From an uncultured candidate division Zixibacteria bacterium (GTDB lineage Bacteria; Zixibacteria; MSB-5A5; UBA10806): a stretch of DNA of 64,000 nucleotides. The translations under genes and the position numbers were made by a program. The notes beneath the pieces are model-generated. The model saw only the letters and a list, made by a program, of their open reading frames with translations, ran no database searches and was not told where the DNA came from. Position 1 is the first letter of the stretch, and every line of letters begins with the position of its first letter. Where the stretch lies: contig CAWDFP010000006.1 of NCBI GenBank assembly GCA_963801605.1, positions 800,001 to 864,000 on the forward strand, read 5' to 3'. This document shows positions 1 through 10,949 of the stretch, in pieces.

Positions 1-1
1 G

Positions 2-1636
2 AAAATTGCCGCCGCCTAATGACAGGCTGGGAGCGTTATACGTATCGTTTCCGCCTCGTTCGTTAAGATAGCCTATGGTGAAATCATGACCGGAGCCCAG
101 CGACATATTCATCGATGCGGTATAGATATCGTTACCGGCGAAATCATCGAGATATCCCACTGCAAAATGCGCTCCTGAGCCGAGGGTGTACCAGACGCTC
201 TTATAAATATCATCCCCGGCCCCATCAAGCAGCATTCCCACCGCAAACCAATATCCGCATCCCTGGGCGAACAGTCCAGCGGAGTAATGATCATTTCCCA
301 TTATATCACAAAGAATACCAACGCCTCCGGCCCAGCTGTGGCCATCTATATAATCGGCGCGCTTGCCAAATCCCACTCCCTGGGAAAGTGAGGCGTTATG
401 CTCTTTGGTCTGCTGACCGGGAGCAAATAGAATGCTATCTTCGGCAATGTAGCTGTCGTTTCCGGAGTAATTGATACAAAGGCCGCAGCCTCTGGTATAT
501 CCAAAGCCCTGGGAGTTCGCCCAGCAGTAAAGAGAGTCGTCTCCGGTGCTGTCGCTTAGAATGCCAAGGCCAAATGATCCCGAACCTTGAGAATAGAATT
601 TAGCGCGGTATTTGTCATTACCGTTGTTATCCATTACAACCCCGACGCCAAACAGGGCGCTCCCCTGGGTGAGATTAATCCCCTGATAAAGATCATCCCC
701 GGACTTGTCGATTACTACAGCCATCCCCAGAATCGCCCCACCAATTCCGGGAGTTGTGGAGTCCGAGGAAATATACCTGTCATTTCCGGCAACATCGATG
801 ATCGCAGTTAACGGATATTCGACTGGATACCCGGAAAGATGATAGGTGTCATCTCCTCCCGGATCAAGTATTAGCAAAGGAGGTATTTTATAGGTATAAT
901 CATCACTTTCTTTAGTGCCAATTATAATCAAGCCATAAGGCGTTTTTATCGTCACTCGATGATCGGGAAATGAGCAATACTCAAGTGAATCGGCTGCCCA
1001 TATCAAGGCTTCACTTATATCTTCGGCTCCACCCACCATCCGGTTGAAATCGACCGATGCTGAAAGTCCCTCAATCATATCGTTATATTTTTGACTGTCG
1101 GCCACAAAGTGTTTGAAGATTTGAGATTGAACTTTGGCTCTGTCTGTTTTCCCGAAAGTTTGATTATAAATGAAAGAGCTATCATTAATTAAGGCGAAAA
1201 GCAGATCGATTTTATTTCTCAGTTTTTGATACTGCAGCCCTTCGAGCAGATTGCTCTTTTCCATAAAGGTTGGATGAGCCAAAGAATCGGGTGAATATTT
1301 TATAATGGGATCATCAATAAGCCCGCGACGAACCGGACAATCGATCTTTCGTCCCGCGCCCGAAATAAGTGCATTTATATTTCCGCAGTCGCTTCTAAAC
1401 GATTCAAGATTAAGCTTACCGTATTTGGGTAATTTGAGGGGATTTTTATGAAAGAGGGTAAAATATGAGAGACGCCAGGTATCGCCTCCCCATCCGGCCA
1501 TCTCGTCCTGGTCGAAATGAATATCCGCCACGGTCATATTCACTTGGACCATAACGGAATCAAACAGGCTTAAATCCTGGGCGTTAGAAAGTAATGGCAA
1601 AAACGTTACTAATACGATAAGGATCAAGGCTTTCAA
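2..1636 (-). CDS. Secreted glycine-rich repeat protein (about 10 DxxG[ND]DxY repeats); 3' end runs off the window start
   Basis: Not in the ORF track; translated by hand. TTG start at 1636 after a GGAG RBS, signal-peptide-like MKALILIVLVTFLPLLSNAQ, open to the window edge. Repeats include LDPGGDDTY, IDVAGNDRY, IDKSGDDLY, MDNNGNDKY and NERGGNDTY, separated by QGxG-type segments. Confidence 0.85.
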   Translation of the reverse strand, partial: MKALILIVLVTFLPLLSNAQDLSLFDSVMVQVNMTVADIHFDQDEMAGWGGDTWRLSYFTLFHKNPLKLPKYGKLNLESFRSDCGNINALISGAGRKIDCPVRRGLIDDPIIKYSPDSLAHPTFMEKSNLLEGLQYQKLRNKIDLLFALINDSSFIYNQTFGKTDRAKVQSQIFKHFVADSQKYNDMIEGLSASVDFNRMVGGAEDISEALIWAADSLEYCSFPDHRVTIKTPYGLIIIGTKESDDYTYKIPPLLILDPGGDDTYHLSGYPVEYPLTAIIDVAGNDRYISSDSTTPGIGGAILGMAVVIDKSGDDLYQGINLTQGSALFGVGVVMDNNGNDKYRAKFYSQGSGSFGLGILSDSTGDDSLYCWANSQGFGYTRGCGLCINYSGNDSYIAEDSILFAPGQQTKEHNASLSQGVGFGKRADYIDGHSWAGGVGILCDIMGNDHYSAGLFAQGCGYWFAVGMLLDGAGDDIYKSVWYTLGSGAHFAVGYLDDFAGNDIYTASMNMSLGSGHDFTIGYLNERGGNDTYNAPSLSLGGGNF

Positions 1637-1881
1637 GGCGTTCTCCAGCTTAGGTGTTAAACTTTAAGACAAAATATACCATCGCGGGCAATATTGGGCA
1701 ATTGTATCCTTAGGAGATATTATTTATTTCTGCCCCAATAGTTATAAAACCGATTGAGAGGATTTTTACGGATTTAGTCGAAATTCAAGATGCGATAGTA
1801 TCGGATTCCCATTAATAATAAACTCTTTTGCAAGCCTGATACGGAACAGGAATTTTGCATTTATTGGAATTAGAGCTATTG

Positions 1882-1908
1882 TCAATAATAACTATTATCT
1901 GCCGATAA
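1882..1908 (+). promoter_or_regulatory. Putative sigma-28 (FliA)-type promoter
   Basis: TCAA-N15-GCCGATAA about 100 nt upstream of the giant kinase; consensus is TAAA-N15-GCCGATAA. Confidence 0.45.
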
Positions 1909-2011
1909 TATAACCGTGGTTATTGCCCCTATAAGTATTTGCCGTGCCTCGACATGCAAAGGCCGACAATAATGATTGGTACAAAATCGATCTTTGCCTG
2001 AGGAATAAGAG

Positions 2012-5000
2012 ATGAACAAGGTAATCAGAATTCTTTTTATCGGAAACAGTGAAGCCGATATCGCCATAATTCTTCGTGAACTCTCTCAAGATGGTTTCAG
2101 GCCAGTGAGTCAACGAGTAGGGAAGGCCGAGGAGATGCGCTCGGCGCTTATTAACGACCATTGGGATATCATCATTTCGGAATATTCTTTACCGGATTTT
2201 GGAGCCGTAGACCCGCTCACGATCGCTAAAGACAGCAGCCAGAATTTGCCATTTATCTTTATTTCAGAAAAAATCGGAGAAGAAACCGCAGTTGATTTAT
2301 TGAAAGCGGGAGCTCATGATTTTGTTATAAAATCAAATCTGATGCGGCTCAATAACGTTATAACAAGAGAGCTGTATGAGGCCCAATTACGACGAGAAAA
2401 GCAAAAAGCAGATGAGGAACTAATTAAAAGCAAAGAACATTTTGAAAGTTTAATTAATGAATCTCCAATAGGCATATATAAAACAACTGTAGATGGCCGG
2501 ATTCTACATGCCAACCCGGCGCTAATCAAGATGCTGGGATTTAATTCCTTTGATGAGTTAGCCAGGCGCAATCTTGAATTCGAAGGCTATGGTCAAGGCG
2601 GTCCAACTCGTAGCGAATTTAAACGGCTTATGGAACAAACCGGGGAAATCAAAGGAATGGAATATTTATGGCGAACAAAAAATGGTAATTGCATCGCCAT
2701 AAACGAATACGCCAGAGCTATCCGCGATGAAAACGGAGTAATTCTTTATTACGAGGGCACAGTTGAAGATATTACCGTTCGTAATAAAGCAGAAGAAGAA
2801 TTACAAAATAGCGAAACTAAATATCGTACGCTTTATCAAAGCATAAGAGATGGCTTTGCCATGGTTGATATGGAAGGGCATATTATTGAATTTAATGAAG
2901 CTTATGTAAATATGCTGGGCTACACTTCTGACGAAATTCGGCAACTTTCATACCAGGATTTGACCCCCAAAAAGTGGCATGACATGGAATCCAGAATTAT
3001 CATGGACGAAGTTCTGCCCAGGGGATATTCCGAAGTCTATGAAAAGGAATATGAACGTAAAGATGGGACAATATTCCCCGTTGAACTGCGTACTATCCTC
3101 ATCAAAGATAATAAGGGCAAACCCTCCGCGATGTGGGGAATAATCAGGGATATTACAGATCGAAAAAGATCCGAGCAAGCGCTTCGGGATTCAGAATCGA
3201 ATTATCGTCTACTCATTGAAAATCAAAATGATTTAGTTGTAAAGGTTGATAATGATGGGAAATTTCTTTTCGTAAGCGAATCGTTTTGCAATATGTTCGG
3301 AGAAAACCAGGCAGATTTACTTGGCAAGAATTATTTATCTCTTGTTTCTGCAGATGAGAGAGCCTCGACTGCAAACGCAATGGAATGTCTTTTCAAGCCT
3401 CCATATAATAATAATCACGAAATGCGTGCTCTGACTAAAAACGGTTGGAAATGGCTCGCCTGGTCGAATACCGCAATGCTTAATGGCCAAAACAACGTTA
3501 TTGCGATCGTAGGAGTTGGTAGAGATATTACCGAACAAAAAATGGCAAAGGATACCTTAAAGGCATCTGAAGAAAAATTGAGGGCGATAGCCTCCCGTAA
3601 CGAGGCAATAATAGAGTCTGTGCCCGACATAATTATGGAAGTTGACAATAACAAATTATACACCTGGGCAAACAAAGCAGGGTATGAATTCTTCGGAGAT
3701 GACGTAATTGGAAAAGCAGCCGATTATTATTTTGAAGACGAACAAAACACCCTGGAAGCTGTCGACCCGCTCTTTCATGGTTTAGATGATATCATTCTTC
3801 TGGAGAGCTGGCAGCGTCGCCGCGACGGTAAGAGGCGACTGCTAAGCTGGAGATGCAAGGTCCTGCGAGATTCACAAGGCAAAATAATCGGTGCCCTCTC
3901 ATCGGCTCGAGATATTACTGAACATAAAACTGCCGAAATTGACCTGGTCGAAAGCGAGGCAAAATATCGAAATCTCCATGAGAGCATGATCGATGCCTTT
4001 GCCAATGCTGATTTAAATGGAAATCTTATTGATTTTAATGAAGTCTATCGAAACATGCTTGGATATTCAGCGGATGAGCTTCGCCAGCTTACTTACTCGG
4101 ATTTTACTCCTGAAAAGTGGCATGAATTAGATGCAAAAATCGTCAGAGAACAAATAATTCCACGCGGTTATTCGGATGTTTATGAAAAGGAATTCCGTCG
4201 TAAAGATGGCACGGTCTTCCCGGTTGAATTGCGGGTGACATTGACGAAAAGCGATTCAGGCAATCCTACCGGCATGTGGGCGATTGTCCGTGATATTACT
4301 GAGAGAAAAAAGGCAGCACAACAGCTTGCCGAAAGCGAAAGGCAGTTCCATTCGCTATTTGAGCACATGATCAATGGTTTTGTATTATATGAAATTTTAT
4401 ATGATGATAATGGCGAGGCTCGAGACGCCCGTTACGTCGAAGTGAACTCCGCGTTTGAGAAGTTGATGGGATTTAAAAAGGATGATGTTATCGGCAAGAC
4501 GATAACGGATCTTTTCCCCAGCATTAATATGGACTGGATTCGTGAATATGGCAAACTGGCAAAAGGCACGATATCGGCAATGGTTGAACGCGATAGGTAC
4601 GATACCGGGCAATATTTTGAAACCGCCATTTATAGCCCCCGGCCGGGTTATGTTGCTGCCATATTTCAAGATATATCCGACAGAAAACGCGCTGAAAATG
4701 AATTAAAATTCAGAAATTTGCTGCTTTCAACTCAGCAGGAAGCTGCTATCGATGGGATTCTCGTAGTTGGCGAATCCGGCAATATACTTTCTTTCAATAA
4801 AAGATTCGTTGATTTATTCAACATTCCATCAGAAATGCTGGCCGCTAAAATCGACGAACCGGTATTGAAAAGCGTTATGGAAAAAATGTCGGATCCTCAA
4901 CAATTCATATATAAAGTAATATATCTCTATCAACATCATTTTGAAACCAGTCGAGACGAATTAGTTTTGAAAGACGGACGGACCTTTGATCGTTATTCCG

Positions 5001-8000
5001 CTCCGATGATTGGAAATGATGGCAAGTATTATGGAAGGATATGGTTTTTCCGGGATATTACAGAACGAATAAAAGCTGAAGAATCTATTAGGGCTGCGGA
5101 GACTTATAACAGGGCGGTAATCGAACATTCGCCACTTGGAATATCAGTTCGAAGCCATACGGGACAACTTATAAGCTGTAATAAGGCCTGGCAAAAAATA
5201 TGGAATAAGTCCGATGAAGATATCAAAAGACTTATGGCTAACACATGCCAGGAGTTGAAATTCAATCAAAGCGATGATTATCTGAAAGTATGGCATTCAA
5301 AAATCAGAGACATTTACGAACAGGGCGGTTATCTTCATGTGCCCGAAGCGAAATTATTATTTCACCATGAAGGCGGAGATCATTGGGTATCGCAGCATTT
5401 TTATGCTATCAAGGATGCCAATGGTCAGGTTGAAAAAATCGTAATCTTGACCGAAGATATTTCCGAGCGCAAACAAACCGAGGAAGCTTTGGCCGAGGAA
5501 GTCCTCCGTCGTCGCATACTTATGGATCAATCCCGCGATGGAATCGTAATCCTGGACGATAATGGTAAGGTCTATGAGGCAAACCGGAGTTACGCCGAAA
5601 TGCTTGGTTACTCGATGGAGGAAGTTCGTCAGCTATATGTATGGGATTGGGATCGCCAGTGGCCCAGAGAAAAACTGCTTGAAATGATTCAAGCGGTAGA
5701 CGAGAAAGGCGATCATTTCGAAACCAAGCATTTTTGCAAGAATGGCAGCATCATCGATGTTGAAATCAGTACCAACGGTTCAATGTGCGGAGGGAAAAAG
5801 TTAATATTCTGCGTTTGTCGAAATATTACCGAACGCAAAAAGGCCGAGGAAGCTTTGCGCGAAAGCGAACAAAAATACCGGATGGTTATCGAAAATATGC
5901 AGGACGTGTTTTATCGGACTGATATCGATGGGAACCTAACCATGTTGAGTTCCGCCGGGCCAAAGTTTTTGGGATATGACTCCGTAGACCAATTGATTAA
6001 CGTCAATGTCGCTCGCGATTTATATGCTAATCCCGAAGAAAGAACACTATTTCTTAAGGAGCTCCAGGCTAAGGGCTTTGTACGCGACCACCAGGTAACT
6101 CTGAAACGCGTTGATGGAAGTCAATTCTATGCTTCGGTAAATAGCCAGTACTATCGCGGTCCCAATGGCGAAATATTGGGAGTTGAGGGAATTCTTCGAG
6201 ATATTAATGAACGAATTGAAAATGAAAAACATATTCGGGATCTATCGAGGTTCCCGGCTGAGAACCCCGCTCCTGTTTTGCGCATTTCAAAAAGCGGACA
6301 ATTACTATATGCGAATTCAAGCAGCGCCCCGATTCTAAGCGGTTGGGATTGTAAGATTGGCGATCTTCTGCCGAACCAATGGATAGAAATAATGTCCGAA
6401 ACCCTTAAAATAGGATTGAATAGGGAAGAAACCATTAAATTTGACGACCGAGTTTATTCGCTATTATTGGCGCCTGTTTCGGAATCGGGGTATGTTAACA
6501 TTTATGGCCTCGATATCACTCAACGGCTGCAGGCGGAGAATCGGTTGGCTCGCTCGGCAAAAATCAATGAGCATATCAGCCAGGTGTTAGTGACACTAAA
6601 CTCGATCAGTAACATTAATGAAATGATGCCCCCGTTATTAGAGGCCGCCATAGAGATAACTGAAATGGACGGCGGCGGGATATATTTAATTAAAGATCAA
6701 ATCGCGCTTCTTCATCTACATAAAGGCTTACCGGATACTTTCGTCAAAATGGTCTCGGAAATGCCTGTCTCAGAGCCGCCCGTAAGTCTGGCCCTGATTT
6801 CCGATAGGCCTTTGGATGTTTGCAAAATATCTGAGGATATTTTGAGACTTATTCAGGCTAACGGTATAAAACATGCTTACAGCGTACCGCTTCGGGTCGG
6901 CAATGATGTTTTCGGATTCTTAAATCTTTCCTCTTACAGAGCCGTACCGCCAGACGAACTTGGTTTAAATTCAGTCTGGATGCTGGCGCTGGAAGCGGGA
7001 TCATTTTTTAAGCGCGCTATCATGGAAAATGACCTTCGCGTCTCCGAAGAAAAATATCGTTTATTGTTCGAAAACGCAGGCGAGGCCATATTCGTCATAC
7101 AAGAATTCAAAATTGTATTTTCCAACAATAAGCTGGCTGAAATTCTTGGCTATAGCGATGCTTATGTCATTGATCGAAATCTGACCGATTATATTCATCC
7201 TGACGACAAAGACCTGGTCGTCAGACGATTCAAAGCCCGCGTTGAGGGCAAACAATTCGATAAACCCGAACCCTTCAGAGTCATGGCGTCTGGCGGAATT
7301 TATAAGTGGCTCCGTGTTGATGCGGTTAAGATAATGTGGGACGGGAAACCGGCCACTCTAAATTTTGCCACCGACGTTACCGAACAGTTACGGGCTCAGA
7401 GCAACCTAAAAGAAAGCGAAACAAAGTTTCGCACAATTTTCGAAAATTCAGCTGATGCTTCATTTTTAATGACAGATCGATTTATAGATTGCAATCAAAA
7501 AGCCTGTGAATTGTTGGCGTATGAACGCAATGAGTTAATAGGCAGGTCTCCGGTAGAATTTTCGCCCGCGACTCAACCGGATGGCAGAGTATCCGATGTA
7601 GTTTCTACAGCGTATGTAAATGCCGCGCATTCGGGAAAACCTCAATATTTTAATTGGCAGCATCAGAATAAAAAGGGAAAGCTAATAGATTGTGAAGTGT
7701 CTCTCAAAGCAATCACCATAGATGGAAAGAAGATGCTTCATGCGGTGGTAAGGGATATCAGCCAGCGCAAACGGGCCGAAGAGACACTTCGAAGATTGGC
7801 CACTGCCATCGAACAATCGGCGGACGCCGTTGTAATAATGGATACTAATACAATTGTGCAATATGTTAATCCCGCCTATGAAAAAATTACGGGCCGAAAG
7901 AAGGATGAAGTAGTCGGCCTTGAGTTCTCTTTATTAAAATCCGAAAATCAGGATTATAAGCTGATCGAAGATATTTGGAAAAAACTAAAAGCGGGACGGA

Positions 8001-9316
8001 CATGGTCGGGTACCATATTAAATCATAAGAAGGACGGCACTCCGCTAAACGAGGAAATAACTATTTCTCCCGTATTTGATAATACTGGAGCCGTTATCAA
8101 TTTTGTGGCAGTAAAGCGTGATATTACTAAACAGGTAACCCTCGAACAACAGCTTTTGCAATCGCAGAAGATGGATGCAATCGGGCGTTTGGCCGGTGGG
8201 GTGGCGCATGATTTTAATAATCTTTTAACAGCAATTATCGGATATAGCGAGTTGTTGCGCGTTGGTCTCAAAGGGCAGGACAATCTTATCGCGGATGTTG
8301 ACGAAATTAAGAAAGCAGGTGAGCGGGCCGCGTCCTTGACCCGTCAGCTTTTGGCTTTCAGCAGAAAACAAATCATTCAGCCCAAAGTGCTCAATCTCAA
8401 TTCGATAGTCGTTGACATGAATAAGATGCTAAAGCGTATAATCGGCGAAAATATTGATTTAGTAGTTGAAACCGAAAATGATTTATGGCAAGTCAAAGCG
8501 GACCCCGGGCAAATTGAGCAAATATTAATGAACTTAGCTGTTAACTCTCATGATGCCATGCACGACGGTGGAAAACTAATAATTAAGACAGAAAACACTG
8601 TCGCTGAATGTCGGGATGACGAGGCGGCGATAAAGATCGACCACATCGAGTACGTGATGCTGACCGTTTCGGATAACGGCTCCGGGATTCCCGATGATAT
8701 CAAGCCTCATATTTTCGAGCCGTTTTTCACTACCAAAGAACTGGGTAAAGGCACCGGCCTGGGCCTTTCAACCGTTTACGGTATAGTCGAGCAGAACAAA
8801 GGCTTTATCGAATTGGAAAGCCAACTTGGAGTTGGTACGACCTTTAAGATATATTTGCGGCGATTCGTAGACAACCTTGATGGAACCAAGATGCTGGAGT
8901 TGGAAAAAGGTGAGATAAGGGGGAATGAGACAATATTGGTGGTTGAGGACGAGGATGTCGTCAGGAATCTGACCATGCGCCTTTTGATCGACTTGGGTTA
9001 CGATGCAATTGTTGTAAGTGATGGTTTCCAGGCAATTGAGGTTTGTAAAGAGAGAGGAAACGAAATTAAGCTCCTGCTAACTGATATGATAATGCCCGGC
9101 ATGAGCGGCGACGAGCTTGCTATAAATATTAAAAAAGTAGTGCCGGCCATTAAAATCATTTTCATGTCCGGTTATACCGATAGTGCTTTCATTCAGCATA
9201 AAATCCTGGAATCGCAGGCCGATTATATTCAAAAGCCATTCAGGAAAGAGATGCTCGGATTGAAATTAAGGGAAGTACTGGATAGGCAGTTACCCGAATC
9301 GGTTGGTCAAATTTAG
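2012..9316 (+). CDS. Giant cytoplasmic hybrid sensor histidine kinase (REC - 11 PAS - GAF - 3 PAS - HisKA - HATPase - REC)
   Basis: 2434 aa with repeated PAS/PAC units ending in DITERK-like motifs, H-box LAGGVAHDFNNLL, PFFTTKELGKGTGLGL and a C-terminal receiver (LVVEDE...TDMIMP...KP). No transmembrane segment seen. Confidence 0.95.
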   Translation: MNKVIRILFIGNSEADIAIILRELSQDGFRPVSQRVGKAEEMRSALINDHWDIIISEYSLPDFGAVDPLTIAKDSSQNLPFIFISEKIGEETAVDLLKAGAHDFVIKSNLMRLNNVITRELYEAQLRREKQKADEELIKSKEHFESLINESPIGIYKTTVDGRILHANPALIKMLGFNSFDELARRNLEFEGYGQGGPTRSEFKRLMEQTGEIKGMEYLWRTKNGNCIAINEYARAIRDENGVILYYEGTVEDITVRNKAEEELQNSETKYRTLYQSIRDGFAMVDMEGHIIEFNEAYVNMLGYTSDEIRQLSYQDLTPKKWHDMESRIIMDEVLPRGYSEVYEKEYERKDGTIFPVELRTILIKDNKGKPSAMWGIIRDITDRKRSEQALRDSESNYRLLIENQNDLVVKVDNDGKFLFVSESFCNMFGENQADLLGKNYLSLVSADERASTANAMECLFKPPYNNNHEMRALTKNGWKWLAWSNTAMLNGQNNVIAIVGVGRDITEQKMAKDTLKASEEKLRAIASRNEAIIESVPDIIMEVDNNKLYTWANKAGYEFFGDDVIGKAADYYFEDEQNTLEAVDPLFHGLDDIILLESWQRRRDGKRRLLSWRCKVLRDSQGKIIGALSSARDITEHKTAEIDLVESEAKYRNLHESMIDAFANADLNGNLIDFNEVYRNMLGYSADELRQLTYSDFTPEKWHELDAKIVREQIIPRGYSDVYEKEFRRKDGTVFPVELRVTLTKSDSGNPTGMWAIVRDITERKKAAQQLAESERQFHSLFEHMINGFVLYEILYDDNGEARDARYVEVNSAFEKLMGFKKDDVIGKTITDLFPSINMDWIREYGKLAKGTISAMVERDRYDTGQYFETAIYSPRPGYVAAIFQDISDRKRAENELKFRNLLLSTQQEAAIDGILVVGESGNILSFNKRFVDLFNIPSEMLAAKIDEPVLKSVMEKMSDPQQFIYKVIYLYQHHFETSRDELVLKDGRTFDRYSAPMIGNDGKYYGRIWFFRDITERIKAEESIRAAETYNRAVIEHSPLGISVRSHTGQLISCNKAWQKIWNKSDEDIKRLMANTCQELKFNQSDDYLKVWHSKIRDIYEQGGYLHVPEAKLLFHHEGGDHWVSQHFYAIKDANGQVEKIVILTEDISERKQTEEALAEEVLRRRILMDQSRDGIVILDDNGKVYEANRSYAEMLGYSMEEVRQLYVWDWDRQWPREKLLEMIQAVDEKGDHFETKHFCKNGSIIDVEISTNGSMCGGKKLIFCVCRNITERKKAEEALRESEQKYRMVIENMQDVFYRTDIDGNLTMLSSAGPKFLGYDSVDQLINVNVARDLYANPEERTLFLKELQAKGFVRDHQVTLKRVDGSQFYASVNSQYYRGPNGEILGVEGILRDINERIENEKHIRDLSRFPAENPAPVLRISKSGQLLYANSSSAPILSGWDCKIGDLLPNQWIEIMSETLKIGLNREETIKFDDRVYSLLLAPVSESGYVNIYGLDITQRLQAENRLARSAKINEHISQVLVTLNSISNINEMMPPLLEAAIEITEMDGGGIYLIKDQIALLHLHKGLPDTFVKMVSEMPVSEPPVSLALISDRPLDVCKISEDILRLIQANGIKHAYSVPLRVGNDVFGFLNLSSYRAVPPDELGLNSVWMLALEAGSFFKRAIMENDLRVSEEKYRLLFENAGEAIFVIQEFKIVFSNNKLAEILGYSDAYVIDRNLTDYIHPDDKDLVVRRFKARVEGKQFDKPEPFRVMASGGIYKWLRVDAVKIMWDGKPATLNFATDVTEQLRAQSNLKESETKFRTIFENSADASFLMTDRFIDCNQKACELLAYERNELIGRSPVEFSPATQPDGRVSDVVSTAYVNAAHSGKPQYFNWQHQNKKGKLIDCEVSLKAITIDGKKMLHAVVRDISQRKRAEETLRRLATAIEQSADAVVIMDTNTIVQYVNPAYEKITGRKKDEVVGLEFSLLKSENQDYKLIEDIWKKLKAGRTWSGTILNHKKDGTPLNEEITISPVFDNTGAVINFVAVKRDITKQVTLEQQLLQSQKMDAIGRLAGGVAHDFNNLLTAIIGYSELLRVGLKGQDNLIADVDEIKKAGERAASLTRQLLAFSRKQIIQPKVLNLNSIVVDMNKMLKRIIGENIDLVVETENDLWQVKADPGQIEQILMNLAVNSHDAMHDGGKLIIKTENTVAECRDDEAAIKIDHIEYVMLTVSDNGSGIPDDIKPHIFEPFFTTKELGKGTGLGLSTVYGIVEQNKGFIELESQLGVGTTFKIYLRRFVDNLDGTKMLELEKGEIRGNETILVVEDEDVVRNLTMRLLIDLGYDAIVVSDGFQAIEVCKERGNEIKLLLTDMIMPGMSGDELAINIKKVVPAIKIIFMSGYTDSAFIQHKILESQADYIQKPFRKEMLGLKLREVLDRQLPESVGQI

Positions 9317-9350
9317 ATAATCATAATTTAGGTTTTCTAAATATCATTAG

Positions 9351-9378
9351 AAAAGGGCGGTCATATGACCGCCCTTTT
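9351..9378. terminator. Bidirectional intrinsic terminator
   Basis: Perfect palindrome AAAAGGGCGGTCATATGACCGCCCTTTT between convergent genes. Confidence 0.85.
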
Positions 9379-9395
9379 AAGTCACTGCCAGGTTT

Positions 9396-10949
9396 TCATT
9401 TCAGAAGGATAGCTATCGGCAATTTGAATGGAATAGTCACATTGCCGGGAGTTGTAGATTTCTTAAATTTGGGTGTCAAGGGCGGATTAAGCCTTGACGG
9501 TGGGCAGTCGGGGCAGGAGGCTAAAGCAGGTCCGCTCTTGAGGTAAGTAACAAAATAGGTAATATCAATTCCATTGAATGAACAGGAGCTATTAACATCA
9601 CCCGCGACGTAATGAAAATCTGGATGAGATGAACAATCGCAATAAATTGGAGGTGGGGGGCCGCCCTTGAGGAAGCTCACGCCGTAGACAACGTCAATAC
9701 CGTTGGCGCCGCCACTACCATTTATATCCCCCGAGACATATTCGCAAGCCGGTGCGAAAAAGCGAATTGAATCAAGCGGTGATTGCACCGCATTGAGGCC
9801 ATCAGAGAATTCGAAATAATAATGGTGCCAGCCCGCGCCTCCCGGCCAGGGGAGATTAGCTTCAAATTCCGATGTATCGGAGTAAAAATGATCGATACTG
9901 CCAAGGATAAATGATTCCGAATCGAAACGAAAAGTTCGCAACACCGGCAGATTATTATCTTGATCCAGGTATTTAACTCTTGGATAAATCCCCACGCCTG
10001 AATCTGCCTCCAAATGCGATGCATATAAGGTGGGCGGATTGTTGGAGTTGAAAGTTAGGAACTGCGTTTGAGGCTGGTAGATGGCCGGATAAGTCATATC
10101 GTTTACCATTTGTTCTGAAATGCTGGCGGTCAGAGTTGCCCCCATCGGAATAATATAGCCCTCAGGAGGAGGCCAACCAGGCCAGGCGGGATCGGATGAA
10201 AATTCGCTTAATAAACAGGACATGTGAAGAGCGCCCCCGCTAATGGTTGAGCTGATATCGCCTATTCTTGTATATGTGGAATCAACACGGTCAAGGATAT
10301 AAAGACCTGATGATATCATTAGCGGAATATTGGCATAAACCAGGGCATAGAATGATGAATCCGGCCCCGAGGTTATCATGAATCCGAAAGTATAAGCATA
10401 ATAGGTCAGAAACTGGCTTTGTGGCCAGGTGCCGGATACATTTTTCAAAAAGCAATAAAATTTAGTATCGGAATAACTCATGCCGTTGTCTGTGAGATCC
10501 AACCAGTTTCCATCGGAGCCACCAGCCATGTCGCCGCTGGCATCACGGATAAAATTCGCATATCGATAAAGTGGCGGCGGGAATTGATTGGTGGTATTTT
10601 TGGGCGATTGAGTAATTGCAAATGAATCCTGGGCGGTGCTATAATAATATTCGAGAATTCCGGGATTTACAGCAAAATTAATATCGGACTGATAAGTGAA
10701 TTCGTAAAATGGAGGTTCATTCAGCAATGGCATAGAAACCTGATTGAAGCTGGTTTCGGTTTGGCCTCGATAATGTAGAGTGACGCCATTTCCAACTGCC
10801 CCAGTAAAATCGCAGTTGAACAATACCGGCTGTCCAACGTTTCCTGCGGAGGAGCAGCCGCTTAACAAAGGTTGTTGGGCACCGGCTAACTGAAATAGAA
10901 TAGCGATGCTAAAGCCCCCCCAAATTAAAATTCTGTTCACCATTTCCAC
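9396..10949 (-). CDS. Secreted protein with C-terminal Cys-rich dockerin-like domain
   Basis: N-terminal signal peptide; C-terminal duplicated GD(I/V)NxS...NGID motifs followed by CPDCPP. Confidence 0.85.
   Translation of the reverse strand: MEMVNRILIWGGFSIAILFQLAGAQQPLLSGCSSAGNVGQPVLFNCDFTGAVGNGVTLHYRGQTETSFNQVSMPLLNEPPFYEFTYQSDINFAVNPGILEYYYSTAQDSFAITQSPKNTTNQFPPPLYRYANFIRDASGDMAGGSDGNWLDLTDNGMSYSDTKFYCFLKNVSGTWPQSQFLTYYAYTFGFMITSGPDSSFYALVYANIPLMISSGLYILDRVDSTYTRIGDISSTISGGALHMSCLLSEFSSDPAWPGWPPPEGYIIPMGATLTASISEQMVNDMTYPAIYQPQTQFLTFNSNNPPTLYASHLEADSGVGIYPRVKYLDQDNNLPVLRTFRFDSESFILGSIDHFYSDTSEFEANLPWPGGAGWHHYYFEFSDGLNAVQSPLDSIRFFAPACEYVSGDINGSGGANGIDVVYGVSFLKGGPPPPIYCDCSSHPDFHYVAGDVNSSCSFNGIDITYFVTYLKSGPALASCPDCPPSRLNPPLTPKFKKSTTPGNVTIPFKLPIAILLK

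Noticed and set aside
109..811. Short ORFs at 109-294, 115-474 and 587-811
   Set aside because: Shadows of the long minus-strand repeat gene running from 1636 off the window edge.
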